A stretch of 12,525 bases of DNA from Rotaria sp. Lineage: Eukaryota. The translations under genes were made by a program, and so were the position numbers. The stretch lies in assembly GCA_905330805.1 (NCBI GenBank), contig CAJNWK010000397.1, positions 39,596 to 52,120 of the forward strand, in the 5' to 3' direction. Positions 1 through 9,965 of the stretch are shown here, piece by piece (the first letter of the stretch is position 1; every line of letters starts with the position of its first letter). Below the pieces are notes generated by a model. It searched no databases and was not told the origin of the DNA. It was given only the letters and a program-made list of their open reading frames with translations.

Positions 1-729
1 GGTATATCTACTGCTCTAATAGTACTAACGATCGTTATTGTTCTTCTGCTACCGTACCACTCAAAAATTTTCTTGATTGAGCGTGTTTTCGGCATCTATT
101 TCAAAAGAAACGATATCAAATCGTCGACTATCGTTATTTATGATGTTGCTTTGGATCAAGCAATCTCACAGTATTCAAAAATTGAATGGATATTTGTAAT
201 CATCACAGGTACTATTCTCTCGCTAATGCCAGTGTTATTATTCAATGGACTTTTTCTTTCTATCGAAAGTTTGTCACCTGGAGAGCAGTGTCCTATGTAT
301 CAAATGGACTGTTTTGTCTTTCCAACGACAACAATAATATCCTCGCCGATAGCAAGTTTTGTCTGTGAACCGGGTCATATTGAAAATCTTTCGAATGCCA
401 CTGGCAAATTCGCCTGGTGTTATGGTTGGGTCATTATGCATCAATCATCTGTCAATGTTCTCAACCAATTGGGTCTTTGTGCTGGTCTGATTGGCCTATT
501 TGCAACGATCTTCGCATTTACTTTTCATATCGGACATATGAAAGTAGGATTGGCTATCATTCTTGTAGTTATCGTTTGTCTTGTGATCGTACTTCTTGTG
601 TTGGCTATTTTAAAACTCTCTCTTGCGTTTTTAACTTTCGCTACGCTCTCCCTATGTGGTTTAATGTGTGCCTTTGGGCTAATCTTGAAGCGAGTGATGA
701 CGCATCAACGAATAAATCATGAAAATTAA
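1..729 (+). CDS. Multi-pass membrane protein, 3' portion (5' end outside window); family unknown
   Basis: The track starts the ORF at TTG 73, but frame 1 is open from base 1 (GISTALIVLTIVIVLLLPYHSKIFLIERVFG...), so the start is an artefact. Hydrophobic segments: GISTALIVLTIVIVLLL, WIFVIITGTILSLMPVLLFNGLFL, LGLCAGLIGLFATIFAFTF, VGLAIILVVIVCLVIVLLVLAIL, and LAFLTFATLSLCGLMCAFGLIL. There is a Cys-containing loop between the second and third. Stop TAA at 727-729. Confidence 0.75.
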   Translation, partial: GISTALIVLTIVIVLLLPYHSKIFLIERVFGIYFKRNDIKSSTIVIYDVALDQAISQYSKIEWIFVIITGTILSLMPVLLFNGLFLSIESLSPGEQCPMYQMDCFVFPTTTIISSPIASFVCEPGHIENLSNATGKFAWCYGWVIMHQSSVNVLNQLGLCAGLIGLFATIFAFTFHIGHMKVGLAIILVVIVCLVIVLLVLAILKLSLAFLTFATLSLCGLMCAFGLILKRVMTHQRINHEN

Positions 730-895
730 ACAAACATATACAGTTATGAGCATTTACATATGCCGAGACATTCGTCTCATAGAAAAAAGGATTAACTCAC
801 TGCTTCCCAGAAACGAAACTCTGTAAACAAGACGACTTTCAACGATGTATTATGAGAGCTTGATCGCTCGAATAAGAATATTGCACAGAAGATGA

Positions 896-901
896 AATAA
901 A
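896..901 (+). terminator. Candidate polyadenylation signal AATAAA for the 1..729 gene
   Basis: AATAAA about 170 nt after the stop codon in AT-rich DNA; positional evidence only. Confidence 0.25.
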
Positions 902-1446
902 AATTTCTGTTCAGTCAATTGATTTGCGATCAAGAGATGGATCGACAATGAATTTCGATCAATCTCTAAAAACAACTATAAAAGATCGACGATGAAATGA
1001 CAGGGCCATTCGAAAAGCGAACCTCTTGTAATATTTTTTATTACATCATTTTTTTCGCAAGAAAGATTCTAAAAACTAGTATTAGAACTTCATTCGGAAA
1101 TAGACGGAGTCAATACAATCGTTAGTCAGATTCTAACATAAAAAAAAACAAGCCTTACTGAATATTTCAATTAGTGGTGTACCTATTAGTAGGAAGTATG
1201 ACACCGCCCCAGGACAATAGAATTTGCTCCAGGACGGATAAGGATTTTGAAAAAATGCAATTATATTGGAAAAAAGCATGTGAAATTGCTACATTTCCTT
1301 TAAGAACAGAGAAATTACACGAATATGCAATATGAAAAAATATCGAGGCTATGAATCAACAACTAGATTAACTTATGTAGCGATATTTAATCGATTAAGT
1401 TGATATTTATGTAACCAGCTGTCACATATTACTGGCGGACACTGTT

Positions 1447-1776
1447 TTACCACGGCCTAGGTGTTGAACGCATCCCACCATAACCATTAGCTTGCACACG
1501 TCTGATACATTTATGAGTGAGCTCTGTACCAATCGTTCGATTAGACTTCTGATTTTCAGTCAAGGTTTGGTACACAGAAAGTACGCATTCCTTTTTTGGA
1601 CATACAATTCGAGACAAAAATATCGGTAAGAGTAGGAATGCAATGTGGATGATGCATAGAAGCACAAAATCAATCACACTCACACCCTGCACAGGTGACA
1701 GAAAAAGAGGACCAGGAACAATTTTTTTAATGATTGCAGCTATTAACTTAATATTTTGTGTACTTATAGCTGACAC
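1447..1776 (-). CDS. Possible small membrane protein or exon (109-aa ORF)
   Basis: 109-codon ORF with one clear hydrophobic helix (VIDFVLLCIIHIAFLLLPIFL). It starts at GTG and has no in-frame ATG upstream before a stop, so if real it is probably an internal or terminal exon. Confidence 0.2.
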   Translation of the reverse strand: MSAISTQNIKLIAAIIKKIVPGPLFLSPVQGVSVIDFVLLCIIHIAFLLLPIFLSRIVCPKKECVLSVYQTLTENQKSNRTIGTELTHKCIRRVQANGYGGMRSTPRPW

Positions 1777-4069
1777 TTCATACTGACTATCTGCACTTAT
1801 TCAGTCTTACTCAGAAGAACTCGAGTTTTGCATATAAAACGGACAAATTAAAGTATACTTGATGATCTAAAATTTCTAGAAAGCAATACAATATGTAATG
1901 ACGATGTATTCCAGTTGCATTTTGTTCGATAATACCGATCATTTATGATCTAATTGGTCGACGTTAATCACACATAACACTCAAACTCAATTAACAACTT
2001 TAGCTAGGTACATGCTTATGCATAAGACACAGTTCCTGTTTTTTTTCCTTTTTTTTTTTTTTTGCATCAGATAATATTTTGAAAATGTACAGATAACGAT
2101 AGAAAAAAGTGTTCAAATCCGAATCAATAAATATGACAGTAAAATCACCAAATTCAAATGTTTAGGTTTAATGTAAGTCTAGTCATGACATGTAAATGAG
2201 CTTATTGATACTATGAAATTTGTCACAAAAAAACAAGATAAGAGAAATATTTCTGTTCAGTTTATAGTATTTCGTGAATTTCAGTAATGTCTCTCTAGTA
2301 TGTGATAGAAAATTTCTATAAATATGATGCATATTTTGAAATCGTTCTGTAATATGTCCTAAAACGTATTAAAATGATTTCTAAATATTTCATGTTTTTC
2401 GAAGTTCTGTTTAAAACCTAAATTTCTCTATATTCATAGTGTATGTTGCAATCTTTGTTAGTTCTTACTACGAAAATGATTCAATTCCCATAACATCATA
2501 TGTCTAGGCGAAATTTAAAAAGATGGTGCAACTCGGCATATTTTTACACAAAGCAAGGTTATAAAAATATAATCTCGGATCAAACGTCTTTTTCCCTTTT
2601 ATCGTTTTATGTTGCCATACTTATCATAAAATCTATTACTGAATAAAGATATGACAGAAGAGTTTTATTATAGTGTGACATGTACACCAAAATGAAATAA
2701 AACTTTCATGCCATATCTTTACGCAGTAATAAATCTAATGCAAAGTTTGACAGCATAAAAAGACATAAAGAAGAAAGGATGTATCTATGTGTGGACATGG
2801 GTGAAGACAAGGCTCATATCTACACTCTAGCCTCTTTTACTCGTAAGGTTTCTGAAGAATAGATTTATTACTGAATTTTTCAACGTAGCTTCATAGTTCC
2901 CCCGCGGTCACATTGAGAATTGACTTTTGAATTTTAACTTGAAGTTTTGGTGTGTGAAAAAGCAAAACTTTCTTCTTATACGCATTTCTCACGACAGAAA
3001 CAAGGGAAATGGCAAAAACTTTCACAATGGACTAGACACATTGAAGACGTTACTTTACTGCAAAGTTTCAAGTCGAAACTTGAACGTCAACTTTCAACGT
3101 CACTTGAGGACGGCTGCAAGGCTTTGTTGAAAAATTCAGTAAAAACTCAAAACCATGAGAACAATTATATTACTTACCTGTCCTTATTTATTAATACATT
3201 GCGAGTAGATTTGTAGTCTTATCTGAGCAAAACCGTAGAGTTTTCGTTTTCTGAACCATATATTTTAGAATCTTTGGATTTTTTAACCTCGGCCTTGTGG
3301 ATTGCGGATCGATTTGAAGGCTGAAAATTCAAAACATCTATTTCTCTCTCGTAATGCTCCATATTAGCTTTAATTACGGGCCGTTGCAGATGTTTCGAGA
3401 TGATTCTCTTGTGACCTTGTAATCCATCAAGTTGAATATAACAAGGATGCTCATATGTTTATGAAACAGGTGTATTGTGTTTTACGTTTTCATCCCATAG
3501 GGATTGCGCTGATAGCTTTTTCATAGCTGATTAGCCTTTCTAGAAAGACATATCATTTAATTTTTACTCTCGATCATCACCAAACTGAACATTTTTTAAA
3601 CTTACGTCTTGAGTGTCGATGTGACTATGAGTGTGTTAGTAAGAATCTTCTGTTCAACGATCCACGCCTGCACCTACAATCTTCTCAGGAGGCTTTTCCA
3701 TCGGCAGGATTTTGTAGAGCTCGTTGCACTGATCATTTTGGTTACAAAAATTATTCAAATTTACTCAACAAATCATGATGGTAGAGCCAAAATACTCAAA
3801 AAAACTTCGACTATTCCTGACTGCTGCTGAGTATGAGTTGACGTTTTTGTGTATTTAGATCATAGTACCAAGGTGTATTGTGTAAATTTGAATACATTGT
3901 TTTAATCGAAATGATCAGCACAATGAGCTCTCCAAAGTTCTGAGAAAGAAAGACTTCTCCGAGAACTTTGTACTTTTCTACGGTGAACTACTTATGAAAG
4001 TATCCACCAAAAGTAAGAATCATAAGCACGTTGCCGTTGGTAGCATACTTGATTATTAATTGATGCATT

Positions 4070-4075
4070 TTTATT
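4070..4075 (-). terminator. Candidate polyadenylation signal (AATAAA on minus strand) for the haloperoxidase-like gene
   Basis: TTTATT on plus strand, about 50 nt beyond the minus-strand stop at 4127. Confidence 0.35.
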
Positions 4076-4126
4076 GAAACTGAAAAAGAATTATGTTTAT
4101 AGCACAGAATAAAATACAAGTTCAAT

Positions 4127-5605
4127 TCAAAAGAGTTTTCGAAACACTTCCAATGCTACACTTTGACCGAGAATCTTTCCTCTTTCAACATCGCTACGCC
4201 AGTGTACACCTAAATAAATTCGACTAATCGCATTTTCCATTTCAGCTGCTGCCAATGACCTATAACTTCGAGTTAGTGCTGGTCGTACTAATCCAGTATT
4301 CGAATCTTTCGTTTTTCCATTGTATTCATCTGATTGAAATTGAAAAGAAATATCGTCTCTATTGTAAAATAGACGAAGCGTGTGAAAAGTAGCTGATCCG
4401 AATGTTGCATGGCCAGATACATAGGCTGGAAAGGGAGGTGTGAAATCTGTACCGGCACCATCAGCTGGTGCTCCTAATGGTATCCAAGTAGGATCAATAT
4501 CGTTTGCATTCTGTGCTTCACGAATACCAACGATTGGACGCCAAAAGGCATAGTGATACTTAGCTTCCCATGCAGCTATTCCAGCGTCACCCATCGCATA
4601 GTTGACAAGTGCAAATAATCGAGCATTCTGTTCAAGTGTATTGCCTTGTTGAATAGCTATGATTCGAACAATTTGATTATAGAGGCGTGGTGGGGTACCC
4701 AGTTTTGGTGCTCCATCATAAGCCCATACAATACCGATCTGCGTTTGATCATCCGAACGATATGTACTTGCTTTTGATCCATAGGTTTTCACTTCAGTCA
4801 ACTCACTTCTGTAGAAATCTGAATTCAAATAGTACATACGAGTTGACGATGTATTACCGAACATGTTCAGAGGACGATATTGTGATACAGAGTCCAGAAA
4901 AAATGGTTTTACTTTTCCCCAGTGAACACCTAGAAAGCCTTGTTCCGGATGGATTGGATCAACTTTATGGTAGCCGGGCTGCATGCTGGGTGTATATGCA
5001 GCATTGCCAAAACTACCATCCGATTTCCGAGTTTCGATCATAAAAGAGCTGGTTAACTGACCAACACTGAGACCAATGTTAATTGCATCTTGTGAATCTG
5101 CTTTGTTTCTTGTTTGATACAAATGAATTCGATAGATAGCATCAAAAAGAGGGCGCTGTTGTGGATAGAAGAATGACAATGTTTGATAGGCAGCTTCTAT
5201 TATAGATGCAATCATACCATATTGTTTGACAAAAGAATCATTGGTTGACGATCGACTTCCTTCTGTAACATGTTGATAAACTCGACCGAAATTTTTCATG
5301 GTATCATACATGGCACCATGAATGATAGCAAAGGCACGTGCTGTTGCTGCTGGACCATTTTGGTCAGGTTTAAACGCCACGGCTTTATCATAATCATTTG
5401 CACAAGCTTGCAACATGACTTGGTTCCAGAAGAGAATGGCATCTAATGATGTTGATTGTAGTTCATCCTGAAGCGTATCAATATGATTTTGCAAGATAAT
5501 ATTACGCTTGGTAAGAGCATAACTTGTAGCAATTATTGTAGTTACGAATGCAAAGAGTGATAGCTTAATATTGGAACCCATTTTCAATTGTGTGATACAA
5601 TCCAT
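4127..5605 (-). CDS. Vanadium-dependent haloperoxidase-like protein (PAP2/VHPO superfamily), apparently secreted or membrane targeted, intronless
   Basis: 492-codon ORF, no frameshifts. Motifs: K-x6-RP (KYHYAFWRP, 4535..4561), SGH (PAYVSGHATFGS, SGH at 4409..4417) and SRxxxGxHxxxD (SRIYLGVHWRSD, 4190..4225). These match the vanadate-binding and catalytic residue pattern of vanadium haloperoxidases. Hydrophobic N-terminus MGSNIKLSLFAFVTTIIATSYA; the second Met (5581) is the more likely start. Confidence 0.88.
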   Translation of the reverse strand: MDCITQLKMGSNIKLSLFAFVTTIIATSYALTKRNIILQNHIDTLQDELQSTSLDAILFWNQVMLQACANDYDKAVAFKPDQNGPAATARAFAIIHGAMYDTMKNFGRVYQHVTEGSRSSTNDSFVKQYGMIASIIEAAYQTLSFFYPQQRPLFDAIYRIHLYQTRNKADSQDAINIGLSVGQLTSSFMIETRKSDGSFGNAAYTPSMQPGYHKVDPIHPEQGFLGVHWGKVKPFFLDSVSQYRPLNMFGNTSSTRMYYLNSDFYRSELTEVKTYGSKASTYRSDDQTQIGIVWAYDGAPKLGTPPRLYNQIVRIIAIQQGNTLEQNARLFALVNYAMGDAGIAAWEAKYHYAFWRPIVGIREAQNANDIDPTWIPLGAPADGAGTDFTPPFPAYVSGHATFGSATFHTLRLFYNRDDISFQFQSDEYNGKTKDSNTGLVRPALTRSYRSLAAAEMENAISRIYLGVHWRSDVERGKILGQSVALEVFRKLF

Positions 5606-5616
5606 TTGATGGCTAC

Positions 5617-5624
5617 TATATATA
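5617..5624 (-). promoter_or_regulatory. Candidate TATA box (TATATATA) of the haloperoxidase-like gene
   Basis: TATATATA 36-43 nt upstream of the second Met (5581) and only 12-19 nt upstream of the first Met (5605). Positional inference only. Confidence 0.3.
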
Positions 5625-7029
5625 CATCGACGGATCCGTCAACAAAAATAGTGGTGCGGCCCCATAATAAAGCTATCTCGAAAAATATCGATTATTCAGA
5701 CAGATTGTGGTATTGTATTAAATGACAGAAGGAAGTGTAATATGTACATATAGTTTCGCTTACACCGCCTACAAAAGATATTGGTGTTATTTTACTTTCT
5801 CAGTTATCATGATGGATCAAGTTTCTCTATGTAACAAATGATATCATACTTCTATTCTACTACTTCATTTGAATAGTATTAGCTCAATAGCAATTCTTGT
5901 AATTACCATCATGCGTGATATAGAATGAAAGACATGTTCTGCTATGAAAACGATGTAGAGCCATCAGAGACGGGCAATTCCTAGTGGCTTTTTTCAACTT
6001 CGATTGCACTTAGTGGGAGTTACATTCCTTTTCTCGAAGTTTAACAGCATGTTTGATCCATTTTACTTCTTCCAAATCTCGAACTTTGGATCATCCAAGT
6101 GGAATTTAGGATTAAATCTCGAGGATAAAATCGAAGTTGTCTCATAGCTAAAAGTTATAGGTCCACAACAAAATTTATTTTATCTCGTTTTACTTTTATG
6201 CTTACATCTTTCATAAAACCTTTTAGAATGCCTTAGTGTCTTTAGTTCTTTTAGTGCCTTTAATGTGCGGATATTGGTACGATGCAGGTAAGAGTGGGAG
6301 GCGGGTGGGTGACGGTATTTGGGTCTCAGTCTTTGTCTGGACCTTCCTGTACTTTAAGATTCTTCCATATCTACCTCCACATACCATACCTACACCGACA
6401 TCCTAAAGATACTAAAATGGGTAAAGGGAATAAAGTATCAAGATCATTGTAGTTTAGGTGATATAAAAGTAAAACGGAATAAAATTAATTTTTCGTAGAC
6501 TTCTCTATTCATGTGTAAGTTTAAACGCTTGACTATTTCAAAAGAGCTACGTCTCATACCTATGTCATGACCGATAAATAGCCTAGACTTAAATATTATT
6601 ATTTGAGAATATTTGGTCTATTGTTGATTATAAACTACTAAAGTTTGATATTAATAACATCGATTGATTGAAAAATGCCATGCAAATCACATAAGCAGAA
6701 ATTCTAAACGATACAGTACGACAATTATTCGAACCGATGTCAGAACAACTTCAACAAGTAATCAATCGTAGAGGATTTGTGTGTCGTTCATGGATCTTTA
6801 TTGTTCTTATATAGAAATATTTAGAATGTAAAAACAAGAAAAGAATGAAAAAAAAACCTGAAAGAAGATCTATAATTTTGCCACAGCATTTTTCTCTTTC
6901 TATCGATCTCTGCACGTGTACAGAGCAAGAAAAAATATAACGGCTACAGATCAGTATAGTACATAGGCTCATCTTACTAACACTGATATAGTTTAAACGA
7001 TAAAATTTCTTTCCGAAATAAAATCGTTA

Positions 7030-7035
7030 TTTATT
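7030..7035 (-). terminator. Candidate polyadenylation signal (AATAAA on minus strand) for the SDR gene
   Basis: TTTATT on plus strand, about 100 nt past the stop at 7134. Confidence 0.25.
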
Positions 7036-7133
7036 TATAAACTACATAGGGAGTCTATGATTTTGTTACAACCTATAGGTACAATAAAAACATAAATATT
7101 CGAAAAATTCTATCCACTACTGTATATTTGAAA

Positions 7134-8024
7134 TTAAGAAAATTCAATTCCACCATCAATCATAATACTCTGTCCAGTCATGTAGTCAGAATCTTTGCTT
7201 GCAAGATACGATACAAAGTTTGCTACATCTTCCGGCACACTAGTACGACCAAGTGCTATGAGCCTGTTTGAATAATCTTTGATCACTTCTCCTTTTTGCT
7301 TGCCTTCGCTTTTTGCCAATTCTTCATCAATCATATCCCACATTGCAGTTTGGACAATCCCTGTTTTAATTGCAAAAACATACTTAATTATTTTAAAGAA
7401 AATAGTATGAAACATACCTGGACAATACGCATTGACCGTGATTTTGTGTTTCGCCCATTCCATGGCGGCGGCTTGTGTAAGACCACGTACACCCCATTTA
7501 CTGGCAGAATAAGGACTCATCATCGAAAATGGCTTGTATCCAACGATACTGCAAGCTCCAATAATTTTGCCTCCACTACCTTGGGCAATCATAGCTTTGG
7601 CAGCTTCTTTGTAGCACAAAAATACACCACGCATGTTGATTGCAAATATATTGTCCCACTCTTCTGCAGTGACATCAATAAGCTGTTTCACCTGAGCGAT
7701 TCCCGCATTGGCTACCATTACCTATATTATTATTTCAAAGTAGGTGAAAGAAATAAAGTGAAAAAAGATGCCTACATCCAAACTACCCAATTCTTTTACG
7801 ACATTCTGCATCATTGCTTTAACTTCTTTATCAATAGAAACATTAGCAATGACAGCGGCAGACTTTCGACCAATTGTTTCAATTTCTTGTCGAACTCTGT
7901 TGAGCTCCAATGGTCTCATTGCGGTATCATTGACAGCTACATTGAAACCATCTCTGGCAAGGCGAAGAGCAATTGCACGTCCAATTCCTCGTGCAGCACC
8001 AGTGACTAAAGCATTGCGAGACAT
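7134..8024 (-). CDS. Short-chain dehydrogenase/reductase, acetoin/diacetyl reductase (meso-2,3-butanediol dehydrogenase)-like; three exons: 8024..7776, 7721..7418, 7360..7134
   Basis: Exons of 249+304+227 nt = 780 nt, encoding 259 aa plus stop. TGxxxGIG cofactor motif (TGAARGIG), NAG (VANAGIA), catalytic S (ACSIVG) and YxxxK (YSASK), PG motif (NAYCPGIVQTAMW), C-terminal YMTGQSIMIDGG. Removing the two GT-AG introns restores GSLD|VMVANAG and NAYCPG|IVQTAMW. Confidence 0.92.
7361..7417 (-). other. Spliceosomal intron 2 of the SDR gene (57 nt, no in-frame stop)
   Basis: Minus strand CCAG|GTATGTTTC...AAAACAG|GGATT. The ORF track reads through it as MFHTIFFKIIKYVFAIKT. Splicing gives the SDR-typical CPGIVQTAMW. 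Confidence 0.92.
7722..7775 (-). other. Spliceosomal intron 1 of the SDR gene (54 nt, phase 0)
   Basis: Minus strand TTGGAT|GTAGGC...ATATAG|GTAATG. Splicing restores the conserved ...GSLDVMVANAG... sequence. Confidence 0.9.
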
Positions 8025-9414
8025 CTAGAACATTGCCACGAAGAATGAAAGAAGAGGACGAGAAAAGAATTGCATCACGCCCTTGGAAGGTAATGGTATG
8101 AAACTCTATATAGATTAGCGCGTACTATGATAACTAAAGCAGTATATCTTAAAAAGAGATACCGATAGCATTCCCTTAGGAAAGGTGCGCTCTTTGCAAA
8201 TTATTTTCAAGCTACTTATCTACGTTTATACTCATGTACAGTGTTTTTAAGTGCTTCTGTGCCGTATAGAGATTGCCGGAAATGAAATAAATTCTACTTC
8301 ATCCTGGAACGGGATGGGATGCAAGTAGTATTCTCGATACTTTAATTAGAAGAAGTGGAATTTATCCAATTGATTAAAATACCAAGCTGTACTCGAACTA
8401 AATCTCATATTTTTATTTCCAATCTTCAGACATATATTGAGTGCTTTATAAATGAGTAAACATTTTCGTATTATAGACGGTATTTAGTGTTTGTAGTGTT
8501 GAAAGTGTAAGCAAATGTGCAGCGTTCTACAGTGAACCGCTCAATTTGACTTCATTATCCGAAATGACAAAGGATTAATGTAATTAACGAGTGGGATATT
8601 TTTAAAAAATTATAATAAATTCTTTTACATTAAAATATTTTCTTTTCAGAATTGTGACAACTAAGAGATGTGTTGATTTTACACAACACCCATTATCGTT
8701 TCAAGCTAGTTGTAATCAGTCGTCATTGTCATTAAACGATATTACTAAACCAGAGTTTCAGACATAAAAAGTGGAAATTCATAAAACAAGATTTGCAGCA
8801 TAATTAGAATACCTGATCAGATAAAGGCATAGTGATTGTCGCAGAGAAAAACATGAAGAGTACTAATGACATGTTGCACATTTTTCATTGCATCTTCACT
8901 GGAGCGCTTCTTACTCAGAGTAGAAGATAGCGACAGGCCAATGGTTACTTGTGACTGATGTTCCTGTTGAGTCATGAATACCTGATGGAGAGAAAATGTA
9001 TTTATTGTTGTAAGGAATTCTATGCATCATATTCCAACCCAAAACTTCATTCTTTCACACTTGGTCATTTTCTACGGTATTGTTGCAAAATCAGAAGTAC
9101 CATTTGGAAAAAAGTTCGTCAAAAAGCTATGAAAAGAAAAAAATAGTTGAAAATATAAAAATTCCGTACCGAGACTCAGTAGACTATTGAACAAAATCAT
9201 TGGGGACGTGTTGATGTGCATGAGAATTGAATAAAAGTATCAGGGCGAGTGTATGTGTTTAGAAGAATGATATGAGCGTTTGTGAGTAAATGTGGGTCAA
9301 TCAAGTACTAGCATCTTCACTCACAAATTCTACCACCCGCTGGAGTTCATCCGATCTATAGTTTCAGTAAGAATCGATAAAAAAATGTCCATACTATCCT
9401 GGTCTGTTTAGATT

Positions 9415-9690
9415 TACATTCTTTCTATACATACTTTTCTACACGTTGGTATCCGCACTTCTCTGCTAGACGTACATTTCTATGGTTCTTTTTCTCTATG
9501 TCCTTGTTTGCGTGTCCTTTTCTGTACGTTATACTCTTTACGTCCTTTTTTATACATCGTTTTCTATCCTTTTTTTATACATTATTTTCTCTACGTCTTT
9601 ATTCAGATATCCTTTTCTGTACATCTTTTTCTGTGCGTCCTTTTTTATACATTCCTTTCTGTATGTCCCTTTTATATGTCCTAGAAATAT
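9415..9690 (+). repeat. Degenerate T-rich tandem-repeat tract (minisatellite-like, unit about 12-15 bp)
   Basis: Repeated units close to TTTTCTRTACGTCC / TTTTTTATACATCC: ...TTTTCTCTATGTCC, TTGTTTGCGTGTCC, TTTTCTGTACG, TTTACGTCC, TTTTTTATACATCG, TTTTCTATCC, TTTTTTTATACATTA, TTTTCTCTACGTC, TTTTCTGTACATC, TTTTTCTGTGCGTCC, TTTTTTATACATTCC, TTTCTGTATGTCC. Confidence 0.75.
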
Positions 9691-9965
9691 TATGCGAGTA
9701 TCATTTTCATTTCTAGCACATGTGCTCAATGTAGCTTGTAAAAAGGTACCTGGATATATCATCTGTAACATCTTAGATGCTACAGCTACCACCCACAATG
9801 CTATGGTAGCACCTGAGAGATTACGAATAGTAGCTGGAATGCTATAACAATGCTGCAGAGTGCTATTTCAAATCCTGCAGGCAGCGCCCGAGATGTTCCA
9901 GACACCGCCTTCAATGCTACATTTATCATGCCCAGGTAGAACTTGAAATGCAACATGAAGCACAT

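Noticed and set aside
2041-2063. Poly-T tract as a possible retrotransposon poly(A) tail (minus orientation)
   Set aside because: No adjacent reverse transcriptase, target-site duplication or other element structure found.
2927-3216. Overlapping plus-strand ORFs of 67 and 89 aa
   Set aside because: Short, overlapping in two frames, low-complexity composition and no recognisable motif. Local hairpin AAGTTTC-AAGTC-GAAACTT is too short to interpret.
3609-3830. 73-aa plus-strand ORF
   Set aside because: Within chance expectation for this length of sequence; no domain or splice context.
4687-5043. 118-aa plus-strand ORF
   Set aside because: Antisense to the haloperoxidase-like gene; explained by coding composition on the other strand.
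6751-6972. 73-aa minus-strand ORF with one hydrophobic stretch
   Set aside because: Hydrophobic stretch comes from T-rich DNA; no further coding support.
7296-8009. 237-aa plus-strand ORF opposite the SDR gene
   Set aside because: Antisense shadow of the SDR coding strand. It crosses both introns and has no recognisable domain, while the minus strand carries all SDR motifs.
7768-8028. 86-aa plus-strand ORF
   Set aside because: Mirror frame of SDR exon 1, with no independent evidence.
9482-9847. 121-aa plus-strand ORF with many F/Y/L residues
   Set aside because: The repeated YxLFxxSF pattern is the translation of the T-rich tandem repeat.
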